Shown piece after piece: positions 1-14,640 of a DNA stretch of 64,000 nucleotides. The stretch lies in assembly GCF_009914755.1 (NCBI RefSeq), contig NC_060935.1. One strand, written 5' to 3'. The first letter of the stretch is position 1, and the number at the start of each line of letters is the position of its first letter. This stretch comes from the human T2T-CHM13v2.0 reference genome, Homo sapiens. A program made the position numbers and the translations under genes. The notes under the pieces were generated by a model. It was not told the origin of the DNA. It made no database searches and saw only the letters and a program-made list of their open reading frames with translations.

Positions 1-277
1 GGAAGATAATTGACAGGATGCTGGGTCCCCTCTGTTGGGTGAGACATTAACCAGTGCATGTGTGACTCCAGATTGCAAAATAATAATAATAACAATAATT
101 TCAGAAAGCTTCTCTTTGAAGGAGACTTATTAAGAAGAAAACCCCAAAGCAGACTTCTTAGAAGAGTGCTGATAACTTATTGCTGTCATTGGTATTTTCC
201 CCACCAATGAAAAATAACAAGGACAACACAGAGCAGAAAGTGAAGATATTGCTTACCAGGCTTCGATATGAGAGGGT

Positions 278-911
278 TGAGACAATGCAGGGACCCCCTC
301 TCAGTGGCCTGGTGGGTGTCTCAAGTGAAAATAAGTGAAAATAAAGAAAAGTCTTGTGTCCCTTCAAGTGAAATTGCAGGCACCTAGCTAGTCTTGAAAA
401 GTAAGTGAGCAACCATTAAAATGAGCAAAAAGATAGCAGCAGCAGCCTCCCCAACAAATCAGTTACATGGTGTTTGGGTTCAATAGAAACTAAAAGATGA
501 TCTTAACATCTGTTCTTCGGCTGTTCTTGAGAAATCCCCACCAGATGGAAAATGACGGCCACTATCACACAGACCTCAGATAAGGGGGAACTGAAGACTG
601 AACTCTGACCATCAATCTTTGTTCTAAATTTTTTCCCGAGGGGCCTGGAGAGGGTCACACCCACAGGGCAAACCAATGTATAACTGCCATGGATTGCTTT
701 ATGATTTTGCCTGTAACATCTGCTTTCCTGAAAAGACCCCTGACCTTTAAAAACCCTTGTCTGTAAGCCACTGGGAAGGTTAGGTCTTAAGCATTATCTG
801 CCCATTCTCCTTGCTTGGAGCCGTGCAACAAATGCCCTATTTCCCTCTGCAAGTCTCCCTGCTAGTGTTGGGCTTCACTGGGCTGTGTGAGCAAACCTTG
901 GTTCAGTAACA
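278..911 (+). mobile_element. ERV1 solo LTR, MER39-like
   Basis: TG...CA termini (tgagacaatgcagggacccc ... ggttcagtaaca). Internal motifs gcacctagctag and gacctcagataagggggaactgaagactgaactctgacc match MER39/MER34-family LTRs as recalled. Confidence 0.75.
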
Positions 912-1421
912 GGTTCGGTTTTACATTTTCTGTTTTGTAACCTGCCTTTGGACAAGGAGTGCCTCAGTTTCTCAATGGATAAAACTTAGAAATATGGATA
1001 ACATAAAGAACAAGCTGTCATTAAGTGGTTATTGAAGCCACCATGGTTATTAAAGTTTTATGGTGACCAATAAGGCCAAAGTATGGCATCTCTTAGCCAG
1101 TTTTCAAAACAAGGAATGGTAGCATGAGCTTGGAGGAAGAGACGCAGAAGGAATTCCTTTGCCCCTTAGGAAGATGCTTCAACCCCAAGAGGCTTTTATT
1201 AGAATACACATTTGACGACAACTGCTCCATGTGATTTCATTTATTTTACATGAAGTAGTTGGATTGGGGAGTACTTTTTGAATATAACATGCAAGTAAAT
1301 GCAAACTAGAAACCGTGTGTATAAAATATACTGTGATAATGTGTGGATTTAGTAGACAAAAAAATTAACCTAATTTCAGACAGGTTGGAGAGGATGTGCT
1401 CCAATAAAAACTATGATTTCT

Positions 1422-1730
<309 letters not shown>

Positions 1731-1944
1731 CTATGATTTCTAAAGTGAAACAGGGTGGATTCCAAGGCTCATTTGTTTTAGGATACTTTAACTACTACGC
1801 CCACACTAAGAGTTTCTTCTCTGCATATGTGGTGGGAACCTTGGTGTACAGTGTGGTTTTGTATAGCAAACAAGATGCATGTGTGTGTAAGAATATATTG
1901 CATGTATTCAGTCAGTTATATAGCAAATGGTGAGGGAGAGCTTG

Positions 1945-2350
1945 CTACGTGGCTGACACTGTTCTACGCACTGAAATGGGGCAGCAAAGAAGACACACGC
2001 AAATTCTGTCCTTGCGGATTTTTACATAGTAATTGGGCAAGGAAGGCCTGGAGGAGTTTCAAATAACAAGTAAAATATATAACAGACACAATCAGTTCTG
2101 TGTAGAAAAATAGAAGAAGGAAGGAAGAGAGTGTTGGCAGGACTATTTTAAATACAGTAGTCACTGAAAGGTAATTTTTAAACCAAAAATTTGATGAAGC
2201 AGAGCTATGAAGCTATGGAAGGGGAAACCTTCCAGGCAGAGGGAATAGCAAGTGTGTGGTCCTGAGCCAGAAGCATGCTAGACCAGTGGGCAGAAGCCAA
2301 TTGAGGAAGCAGGAAATAGTGGAAGATGAGACTGGAGAGGTAGCAAAGGG
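1945..2350 (-). mobile_element. L2 fragment
   Basis: ccaggcagagggaatagcaagtg...cctgag and gatgagactggagaggtagca are typical of antisense L2 3' region. Boundaries approximate. Confidence 0.6.
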
Positions 2351-3639
2351 CATTGGGGTGGTGCATGCTATGTTTATGCACACATATGTGTGAGGGTGGG
2401 GTGGGGAGGGGCTCTGCCCTATTCCCCATTTAAAATTGCTAATGTAAGACTTTTGCAGCAGGTGAGGGGCCTCAAGGTTGCAGATGGCCAAAAGTCAGTA
2501 TCCATCCTAGCACTGTAAGTTATCAGAGTTTGCAGAGTTTTATCTGGTAAAGCATAATACGTATGGTATGAGGAGTAAGTCAAAAGTCAGACTCCTCTGT
2601 TTAATACCTTCTAGTCCTGACTCTGTGTCGAAGCATTTTAAGGCCAGTGTTCTTAACTGGCTTAGTATAAATATATTTATTTATATATTTTATAAATGTC
2701 ATAAGGTGTACTACCACTTTCTACTTTTTTTGTACTTTAAAAAGTGTAAATGTCAATCCCACTTGAATAAATAAGCGAGTGATACACAGTAAGAGGTCAT
2801 TAGGGCTTATTGATATATGATGACACAACAGTTACATAACATGTAATCCTAGCATCTATCACAACTCTTCATTATGAAGCGCTTACAGCACGCCTCTTGT
2901 TTAATCACATCCTTGAGAGAAAGAGGATTGGCAGACATAAGTGTTTTCACATTATATGAATGTGAGCACAAGGAGAAAACTCTGTTTAGAAAAGAACATT
3001 TTGTAAAAAAAAGAAAAAAAAGAAAAATCACTTTATCTTTTGAGGTAATGAATATAGAGCACCCAAATCATCGTTTAAAACTGCTGAGTCATTTGCCACT
3101 TGAAATGAATTGAAGGCTGTTAAAGGTTTTATAGAAGAATTCATTAAATGTGTATTGAGCCAGCTTAAGATGGAAATTGTTATAAAAACTGGCAACAATT
3201 CAAACAGCAAAATGTTTCAGTTTATGGTGGAGATATTTTACTCCCGCCTGGATTCAGTCCTCCATTAGTCCATTCAAACCGGCTGGGCGCGAGTCATCTG
3301 TAGGAGGCATGGTAATTGCTGTAATTGCTCACGCCTCTGTTCTGGGAGCCAAGTAAAACATTGTGATTCCAGCCAGGTGTTCCCTCGCCCAGAAGGCACA
3401 GGGTGTGCAGTGAGATCGCTATGGTCACCTAAGTGCTGACAACTTCTGACTGTCTGGAGGTAGGATTTGAGACCATTGGAATAAATGCTTGGATGAGCAT
3501 ACATATGCATTCAAAGACACACACAGGCAGAACGGGCAGGAACTGCATGTTCTTCCCCATGTGCTATTTCTAGCTCTGGGGATGAGGAGGTGATGGAAAG
3601 GTGGCAGGGAGAGTTGGAAGCATCATGCTATCATGATGA

Positions 3640-3790
3640 CAGCAAATGGCTTGGAATGAAATGGATCTGGATTCACATACCTGTTGTGTCACTCACTGGT
3701 TCGGTGACCGTCGTCAGGTTACTCGGTCTTAGCCTTGTGACCCCATTTGTTCATATCACTTTGATAATAATCCCTATTTTGTTCTTAGTA
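3640..3790 (+). mobile_element. MIR, 5'/core part (3' part resumes at about 4680-4760)
   Basis: Degenerate match to the MIR core: ctggattcacat...tcactcactggttcggtgacc...gttact...gataataatccct. Confidence 0.6.
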
Positions 3791-3801
3791 ATTCTGCTAT
3801 A

Positions 3802-4633
<832 letters not shown>

Positions 4634-5418
4634 TACTTAATGTATACTTCTAAGTGTCATAAATAGTACAGAATTGGGAAGAATGACGTGATGAGGCAGG
4701 TGATGTATTAAAGTATTTGGCACAGCGTCTGACACAGAATATATGATAAATATATATGTTTCCTACAGAACAGAAAATCAAGAAGGGTATAAATGTTTAG
4801 AATTTTGTGCAGAAAAAGACCAAGAAACCAAGAAGTCAAAAAATCTCACTCTGCTTAACGTTATGTTGGGGCAATTTTAGTGTCAGAAATGTGATAGAAG
4901 GTAGCACTGGAGAGAGTAGCTATGATGAAGAGAAAAGCACTGATATCTCTAACTGCTGCAGAGGAAAGTCAACCCACATCGTGATCTACCAAAATGCCTA
5001 GATAGCATCTTGACCTCCAAGGTGAATGATGACTTTTCAACTTGCCAAAGAAATCTCTTAATTACAAATTATAAAATGAAGTCTGATATTGAAGGACTTG
5101 CTAAATTAGTGAGAAGCATTGTGCCTCGGGTAATTATCCATACTGGAACTCTAGTGAAAGGAGTTTTATTTCCATCTTCTGCTCTCATAAAGCCTTTGGT
5201 ATTGACATATATTTTCACTTAATATCTGGCCTTGAGTTCTAGATTCAAACTTGAGACAATGATAATGAGAGTCGATGCTGATGAGAGCAAATATATTGTA
5301 TAAAATGATCTTAGTTTATAAAGCATTATCAAATTCCAATTTTATGTGGAATTTGGGTGGAAAACATAATGGGAAATATTTCCATCCTCTAATTTACTGT
5401 AGACAATACGAACATAAG

Positions 5419-5718
5419 TTTTTTGTGTTTGTTTTTTAAAAGATAGGATCTCGTTCTGTCACCCAGGCTGGGATATAGTGGTGTGATCATAGCTCACTGC
5501 AGCTTCAAACTCCTGGACTCCAGTGATCCTTCAGCCTCAGCCTCCTGAGTAGCTAGGACTACAGGTGCACACCACCATGTCCTGCTAATTTTTTAATTTG
5601 TTGTAAAGACTTGGTCTCACAATGTTGCCCAGGCCAGTCTCAAACTCCTAGCCTCGAGCAATCCTATCTTGGCCTCCCAAAATGCTGAGATTATAGGCAT
5701 AAGCTACCACACCCAGCC
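5419..5718 (-). mobile_element. AluJ (AluJo-like)
   Basis: Antisense Alu with the J diagnostics gatcatagctcactgcagc and ctcgagcaatcc. Confidence 0.93.
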
Positions 5719-5849
5719 AGCACAAGTATTTTGAGGTGAATTTCATACCATTACACTTACTGACCCAGTTATTTCTACAGAGCAGGTATCTGGAAAATCA
5801 GTTCCCCCAAGATGCCCCTCCCACCCCACCACTTCCACAGAATACAGGA

Positions 5850-6330
5850 TAGATAACATAGGTGTAATGCTGTGCTTAGAACAAAGGCACAGCCTCTCAT
5901 TTTGAGAAACTTATGGTCCAAAGTGTGTCCAAAGAGGAGGATGCTCAGGGGGCAATGGGAAAGCATAGTGGACAGCTTCTCTTGGAGGTCGAGGTAAGGA
6001 TTTCAGAGGCAGAGCATCCTGATGGAGATCAAGTGAACCGGATGAGCAAAGACAATGAGGTCTGAAACAACGTGGTGTAGAGAAGGAGTGCAAAAGCTTC
6101 AATATTACTGGAACACAAAGTGCAAGGCAAGGGGCTGTCAGCAAATGAGGATAGATAAAATATGTAATAAAGGCTACATCATAGGGCTTTGTTTGCAATG
6201 CAAAAGAGCCCTGTGATTTTTTTAATGTAATCTTGTAGCCATTAGGACAAAACCGAAGAGTGTTAATTAGGGAAGGGAAATAGGTCATTTTGTGATTTAG
6301 GAAAGCTAAATGCTCTGATGAAGGAGACTA
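5850..6330 (-). mobile_element. L2 fragment
   Basis: Degenerate antisense L2 motifs such as catcatagggctttg...tttttaatgtaatc...gggaagggaaataggtc. Confidence 0.55.
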
Positions 6331-8399
6331 ATCAAAATAAAGTTACATTTTGTTCTTCTGCAAGCTAAAGTTATACCTAGCTACTAGTCCCATGCTCTAA
6401 GTGCCTGGTAGCTAACCTGCCTTCCCTACCCTCATTAATCTTCCTGTCTCATCTTTCTCAGCTATCTATCTTCCTCCACCATTTGAAATGAGGATCTGTC
6501 AAAATTCAACATAATCAAGTGGCAAGGGGTATGACATCAGGGTGTGTCATGCACTGTTATGAAATAGGGAAAAAATGGTCGGAGCAATCATCATGGACTT
6601 CACGGAGGAGGGCATTCTTGAAAATGTTACACAACTTGAATAGGTGGAAACAGCAATAGCAAAAAACACTGACGTAGGACCCAGCACTATATTCCAGACT
6701 TTATTACTAGTGAATGTGTGGCTGTTTTTGAGGTTATTTCATCTCTCTGCAAATCAGTTTCAGTATCGTTAGAGTGTTAAGGCAGATAATTATTAAAACA
6801 GCTTCCAGTGGTGGCTGGTCTGTGTGTTTCCCTAAAGGGAAAGGAGTGTGGAGGATGTTGGTTCTTGCTGGATAAAGAAGGAGATTTGTCATGGGACTAG
6901 CGGAGTGTAGAGAAAGGAGAAACGGCTGCATTTGAAAGACTGGAAGAAGGTCATTTAATGTCCTTCACCATTAAAGAAGCTATGCCATTCCAAACTAGCT
7001 CCCACTAAGGAATGGGACTTGGTCCTTCCAGAATGCTCAGCTTTGGTGAAAGGTTATTGGAGCCTTTTCCTGAGTCTGATGCCTGGAAACAAGCTTCTGA
7101 GCTGGATGATGTCTGCTGAACTCCGGATGCAAATTACGCTCTGCACCTCACGTGACTGCTATTTTTAGCCCTTTCAGTATGTGATTTCTCTCAAGGACAA
7201 CAGGAATGTTCATAAACTATGCATAGGTCATGATGGTGCTTAATGGAGAAATAACCATTTGTTAAGAGAGCATTAAATGTTTAATAGTCCATTAGCATAA
7301 AATCTTTTAAAAATTATTCGCGGATATTTTCAAATACTCCTCCTTCCCCTAGCCAGATGAGCGCTGCGGTATTGAAATTCATAAAGGTGCCTAGTCTTTT
7401 GACCCTAGCAAAGTCTAGTAGGTTTTTCACCTAATTCTCTGGAAATGTCAAACTTAATCACTCTATAATTATCAGTTAAACAGTCAGCTGTATCTCCTCA
7501 TGGGCCCTTTGCATAAACATTTAGAACAATTAGAGACTGAATCACTGTGCGATCCCATTATGAGTGGAGTTGGAATGGATTTGCCATTTCTTGTTTAAGA
7601 GGCGCCTCTGACAGTTATAAGGGCTGCACAGCTCGAGCTGCTTGGAGGAAGCCAAGCACTCCTGGGTCCTATGTATGCATCTGTGCTCCGAATGACTGGC
7701 CATGGAGTTAGATTTTACCTCAGTATATCTCAGCAAGGGGAACTGAAAGAGGGTTGATAGGAACAGGAGGCAAAAAGAGAAAGAAGTGGGTGGTGTTGCT
7801 ATCCAGAGCTTTGCCAATCAAGCTGAGAAGAGCTGGAAAGTAGTAAGAGCCAAAATCTCTCCATGCCAAATCTTCCCTCTCCCATGGCCAGTTCAAGCAG
7901 GACTCATTTTAGTCCAGGAAAAATGAGGTAGAGATGTTCAGCAGCGCAGAAAAGGAGGTCAGTTCAGACCAGGTACATTTCAGACCAGTTAAAAAATGCA
8001 GCATTTCCTCTTTCCAGGCCATTCTTTTCTAGAGCTGGGCTTCCTCCTTGTCTGAGGGGAAGCAATCTGAAATTCAGAATCCTGGAGTGTGAAGACTGAC
8101 TCCTGAATCTGGCAGGGTTAAAACACCAGAGTCCATGGGTAAAGCCCTATTCTCGATTCCCATGAGACTGAGGGGAATGCATTGCAATGCTATGACTAGA
8201 TAATGGAATGAAATATTCATTATTACAGCAACTTTTGTTTCTTCATAGCCCTTGTGTCTCCATTTTATAAATACCTCCAGAGGCTTTAAACAGGGAGTAT
8301 TTCTGAAAGATCAATAATAATTACAATTGTAGAGAAGAAAACAGATCAAAAGTTGGCATTGCCTTTTGAATTGGACTAAACAGTGAGAGTCATAGATCA

Positions 8400-8560
8400 C
8401 AGATATTTAGACTATTCAGACTGGCAAGGTCCTTAGAGATTGGCTAAGCTGACTCCTTTGTTTTGCAAATGAGGAAATTTACACAGGTTACATTACTCCC
8501 CCAAGGTAACAGCTCTAGTTGGTGGCAGGGCTGTTCCTAGAAAACAAATATCCCTACTTC
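8400..8560 (-). mobile_element. MIR/MIR3 fragment
   Basis: ccttagagat...ttttgcaaatgaggaaa...ccaaggtaacag is the antisense MIR core. Confidence 0.6.
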
Positions 8561-10354
8561 CAGAGGAGACATTTCATGATCAGGCTTATTTGTTATCAAT
8601 AACAATCAGAAAAATAGCAATTATATTTCCCCAACTAAACAGCTTGGGGTAATTTTGTATTTCGAATGGAAAATGATTAATACAAACCTAAGAAAAAAGA
8701 GGGTGGTCATGTATAAAAATATGCTTTTTAAAAATACTAAAAATGGTAAAGTTGAAGCTTTGGGGCTCACATTAACATTTTCTTGGACAACTGGAGATAC
8801 GATTTAATTAACATCATTGATGTAATTATATACACACATATATATTTAACAAACCTTAGCTACATGCATTTATCATATTGGCAAAATGAAGCACATGCTG
8901 CTGTATTGAGGCCTTTAGTAATTATATTATTCATGCTCCTGATACATTGTAATGTTTTCTATCAGTTTATATTTGTCTTTCTGCATCTCAAATGCAAAAC
9001 AACCTCCCTTAATGTTATGATGACTTACAAATCAGAATATATTTATGTCACAACATGCAAAATTTAAGATTCAAAACCTTGGAAGTTTAATAGACTTATT
9101 TATATCTCTGAATATAGAACAGACCTTTTCACATTTACTAAATTCTGTATGTTTTAATTTGCCAATGTAGGTCTGTTTTGAAATACATTTCCAGAGTTGA
9201 ATATTCATTTTTAAGAAAAGTAAAATGATTTCAACTACTTAATTGCGTTCCCATTTAGATGACCTCTGTAGGCGTGAAGTTAATACCTTACCAAAATGAG
9301 TGGGTGAAGGAAGGGACAGCTCACATTATTGATGTTCACTGCAGAATTTTATTAAATACTAATATCTTTGTCTTGCTTCTCCTTTTTCTACATCTTTTCT
9401 CCCATTCTCCTTCAGGAGAAAGTCTTGGAAAAACCCATTCAATATGGTATTTGACTACCTTTTTACCTCAGTCTTGGGAACAAAATGGAAATGACTAAAA
9501 AGTAGTTATCTTCTACCTTTCTCTGTGATACCTTAACCTGCAAAAGGCTGCTATTCATATTAAGAATAATGAGAATTGAGGTGAAATCTTGATAAACTGT
9601 ATCTATCTCATTTACCGCCTCTCCTGATCCATGTAAAATTATTATAATGATTACATATTAGGACTTTTTTTCTAGAAAAAAAATAAATTGCCTTAACTAA
9701 GATACTGTCTTATAAGTCTTCATTCTTCTTAGTACCTATCTTGTAACATAGCCTGTATGTTTAGTAAGTGCTTTGAGAAACTTTTGATAAAGAAAGATCT
9801 CATAGAAGCACTACATTCCAAGATGCCTGGAAATGTGTTTCCCTGGAATAACTTGCCTTGCCATCTATAATCATACAAGTATGGATCATTCATTGGGGGA
9901 AACAGGGAGTACACTGTCTAGGGTTACAAATCAATAGGCATGTCTCCATTTGTATACTAAACTTGCCTCCACAGTGGCCTTGCAGGTAAGAATTAATCAG
10001 GGCCACAATTACTAATGTCATTTCTGCACTGTATGTACATGAGTGTACCCAAACAAAATGTTTGGATATGAATATTGACTGGGTTGATTGGCATGTACGC
10101 ACTCTGCAGGGCTTGGGAAATATGAGACTCCTCTTCTAAGAAACCAGAGGTGCCAGATAAAGCATATGAATGAACAATGTGATTAAGAGCATTAATCCTA
10201 TTGAGTTTCAAGCTTTTCCCCATAATCTTGATACAAGGTAGGAAGGCCTAGCAAGCCAGAAAGAAACATTTGGGGGTGTGGTGGATTACTTTAAGCCCAT
10301 TGGAAAATTGATTTTCAAAATACAAGTGTACAAATAAATAGTAGACCATGTCGT

Positions 10355-10500
10355 CTCATTCATTTACTTGTTAATTCATGCAATAAATGTTGTTGACTAC
10401 CTGCTACATTCCAGGTCACCTTTCAGGCACCCAAATAGGGCAATGAACAAAACCAACAAAGACTGACTCTTGTGGGGCTTCTATTCTTTTCAGGAGGAAA
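10355..10500 (-). mobile_element. L2 3' end
   Basis: ctcattcattt...aataaatgttgttgactacctgctac...caatgaacaaaac. Confidence 0.65.
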
Positions 10501-11162
10501 GTTAGTATTTGTCAGCGTTGTTAACGATACCTAGGCAAAGTTTAGAATAACAACTAGTGACAGTCTAGTAACAATTTACAAATTTCTAGATTATAAAGTT
10601 TTCCAGCAACATAGTGGCATTTTATATTCTGTTGCTGTTAATTGCTTTGTTTGTCACTGGCTGAATCCCGGCCATCTGCCACTTACAGTTTGACTTGTTG
10701 AGCAGAGTTAGGACTTTTCTCTGAGTCCAGCTTCATGTTCCCAAATTCCACGGAGGTTGAACTGAACAGACAGCACTGCATTATTGCCTTCTGTTTGGCT
10801 CATTACCGCCATGACCTCTAGATCTCTCTCAGTACCAGCTCTAAATAAATTTAAAACTCGAATCCTTGGACGAGCGTCAGACATTGAGAAAGAATGTGGA
10901 GTCTGCACTTGACCTCATATCTTTTCATTCCAAGTTTATAATGGACTGAACAAATCTCAAGAAATTTATATCTCAGTTTTATAGAGTTGAAGAGGAATGA
11001 TCCATGTAAATGAAAATGAGCCTGCGGTCCTTTTGATAGGGAGAAGTTTGTATTGCTGTGTGGAATCCTGGCAGTTGGGCTATTCCCCATTCTGAATTCA
11101 CATTACCTGAATGCAGAGGCTTGGAATGGTATAGGTGTTTGTTCAGTACCTGGATTTGTGAT

Positions 11163-11572
11163 TTATCAGAGTGAATGTGTCCCTCCAAAATTCATGTGTT
11201 GGTAACTTGGTCCCCCATGTAGTAGTGTTGAAAAGTGAATGGGACCTTTGGGAGGTGACTGGGTCATGAAGGCTCTGCTCACATGAATGGATTACTTCAT
11301 TCCTAGATTAATGGGTTATTGAGGGAGTGGGTTAGTTATCATGAGATTGAGTTTGTTATAAAAGCTAATTTAGCCATCCTTCATGAGTCCCCTTGCCATG
11401 TGATGCCCTGTGCCACCTGGGACTCTGCAGAGTCCCCACCCTCAAGAAGGACCTCATCAGATGTGGTCCCTAGATCTTGGACTTCCTGGCCTCCAGAACT
11501 ATAAGTAAAATTTTCTTTATAAATTACTCAGTTTCAGCTATTCAGTTATAGCAACAGGAAGTGTGCTAAGAT
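11163..11572 (+). mobile_element. MaLR solo LTR (MSTC/MSTD-like)
   Basis: gaatgtgtccctccaaaattcatgtgttgg ... gagtccccacc ... ttggacttcc..gcctccagaact ... tttataaattac ... gttatagcaacag. Confidence 0.88.
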
Positions 11573-12389
11573 CCAGAGATTTGCTTGTATCTGTTTAAAC
11601 AAATTATGGTCCCACGTGGAGAAAAGTGATTGCCTCAGTACCAAATGTCCCTAATATTATTGGCACTGCAGTCCTGGTCCCAGACACACTGCTGTATCTT
11701 CCAGCCTTGATATGGTCTTATCAGCCAGTGAGGTTGTCTTGCAAAAAAGGAGAACCTCCTGGAGTCCTTGCTCAAACTATCAATAGTTGTTATTATTCCT
11801 TTAAAGAAAAAAAGAAAAAAATAAACCTCCACAAAATATGTTCTGTTTCTGAACTTAAATCCTTTATAGCCTGAGAGGCAAATGGGAAAGGTAGAGCTGG
11901 GTTTTCTTTCATTGAAGTTTTTGATTCATCTCTACACTTTACTGGAACAGTAAGTGTATCAGCTCATGTCCCTACAGTCCACTTAATGTGGCACAACATG
12001 AGAAGCCTGTAGCCATGCTACTGCCATTCCTCACTGTGATCTTTTAACAAAATCCTTACCACGTCTATGGTGCACACACATGAACAATAGTCACAGTGCA
12101 AAACATGGGGTGTATACAGCTTTTAAAAACAATTAACTCCACTCCAGAGACATTGAAGGGAGAATGTAGGCTATCAGATCTTAAAGCCTGGGCATCTTTA
12201 TGGGAAACTGTGGAATCAAGATTCAGCCACTGTGATGCTCAGTGTAAAACTACATGTGGTATTTAAAAATGGGGGAATCACAGGAATCTTTTGAAATTAC
12301 AATGGTTATTTCTTCTTTCTAGGAAGGAAATTGAAACAAGGAGAGAGTAATTCTCCTTGTAAACTGTTTCTCTGCATTTTAGCGTATTG

Positions 12390-12680
12390 CGTCCATCAGC
12401 CAAGGCATGTTTACCGAGCATGTGACCCTGGGCTATGTTCTGGAATACAGGGGTGCACAAGACTTACTAAACCCTGGCCTCATGGAGGAGATACAGATAC
12501 GACACAAAGAATTACACAACTTGAGACTTGATTGCAATTGTGTAAAATACCCAAAGACAGTCCAGGTTGCTACAAGAGTATTTGTTTAAAGAACCTAATG
12601 GTGTCTGATAGTCAGAGAAGGCTTTCTTGAGGAAACAATATTTGAGATAATACTTGAAAACGTCCTTGGAGTTGACTTAT
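12390..12680 (-). mobile_element. L2 fragment
   Basis: catgtttaccgagc...ccctggcctcatggag...gtcagagaaggctttcttgagga. Confidence 0.6.
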
Positions 12681-13049
12681 TCCTTATTATATGTTGGTTG
12701 ATGTAAAGAAATTCCATAAATTTAAAGTCTTTTTGTTTTCTTTCCACAAAATAAATGTTTTCAAGAGTAAAAGAGGATGCTATATTCTATTGGGCTAAAC
12801 ATTGACAGTACTTATTAGACTTAAAATAAACACTCACAGTATATTATAAAGGAAGGCATTTTTTAGATTTATCTCCATCTCTGGGTTGTTTCATTCACAT
12901 CAAATGAGTACATGGCGATGCCACCCATCTCCTCTTTGAAGTAGAACAGAAAGTTTCCTGTGAATGTCATTTTGGTAGCAGTGGTTCCAGACAGATGCTG
13001 GAAAATTACTGGTGTTCCTAGAACCATCAGTCTACTATCACCTTGATTC

Positions 13050-13870
13050 AGGACTCTGACACCATCACCAGGATTAGGTCATTCGCCTGTTGGTTGGTCT
13101 CCCTGACTCGAGTCTCTTTCCCACTGAATCCATTCTCTGTATTACTGGTGGGTTGCTTTTTCTAAAAGCAAGGCTAAGGATGATGATGCCCCTGATGGTA
13201 ATACTGTTTCTTAAACAATGTTAGAATGCTGCTCAGGATCGGCCTCTTTCCCTGCCTCACCCTGCAGTAAATTCACAAAAGCCCCAAATGGCAGCTACGG
13301 AGAACTGTTTGCAGTCGCTTGAGCATGCCATGCTCTCCCCACACCGGCACCTTTACATACACCGTCATATCCACCTGAAGAACTCTTCTTTGCCTTCATT
13401 CTCTATCTTATTAACTCTTACTTATTGCTGAATACTCAGGCCAAGTTAAAGTCTTTTCAGGGAATCATCCCTTCCTGTTCCAGTCTGAGGGAGGTGTCTG
13501 TCCTGTGTGTTCTCCTTGCACTGGATACATTTCTGTCTTCTGGACTAATAACACACCAGCAATGTGATAAACATCAGCCACATGTGGAAATTTACATGTT
13601 TAATAATGAAAGGTAAATACAATTTTAGTTTCTCAGCCACATGAGGTATATTTTACATGCTCAATAGACATGGGTGCTGGAGGTCACATATTGGACAGCA
13701 CAGACATAAAACCTTTTACCATTGCAGAAAGTTGTATTGGACAATGCAAGACAAAAGGTTCAGAACATTGTTGTATCTCCCTCTTTGAACTTTGAACTTC
13801 TTGAAGTCACATGTGTATCCCCAACAAAAGCAATGCTCAATAAATATTTGCTGAAAAATTTTAAATTGAA
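13050..13870 (+). mobile_element. L2 3' region interrupted by a MER3
   Basis: Ends in aatgctcaataaatatttgctgaa; upstream sequence is pyrimidine-rich L2. Confidence 0.6.
13545..13750. mobile_element. hAT-Charlie MITE (MER3-like)
   Basis: cagccacatgtgg ... gctcaatagacatg ... atattggacagcacag ... gcagaaagttgtattggaca. Confidence 0.75.
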
Positions 13871-14342
13871 TATTATTAAGATCTGAGTTTCATATGTTCT
13901 GTTATTGCATGTAAGCAATCAAGCAATCACAGTCTTTTTTTGCTTTCTTAATCTAACAAGAAAAAACTTGGGCCAAAAGGGTTTCTAGACAGGCAGGATG
14001 AAAAGTTAGAAACAATAAGCAGGGCAGAGATCTTGGTATATACGTCTTGCCTCAAGCTCAGGAAAAGATGAAGCCTCTACTCTGATGCCAAATTAGTGAG
14101 AAGAAAACAGTAGAAGTTTAGAGTTTAGTAGCAGGTACGAATATTGCTCACAAAAGCAGGCTATATCATATCTTCTACAAATGACATCTATTAAGCAATG
14201 TTACTTTTAGTTGGAAGGTGATACTAGTGGTAGCTTACATATTTAGTTTTAATTCTAAGGGGAGAAACTGAGGTGATGGAGCCGTTTTACATCACTTACC
14301 AGCCATCACTCCAGTGATTAGTTAGTTTAAAGATATTCTTTT

Positions 14343-14640
<298 letters not shown>

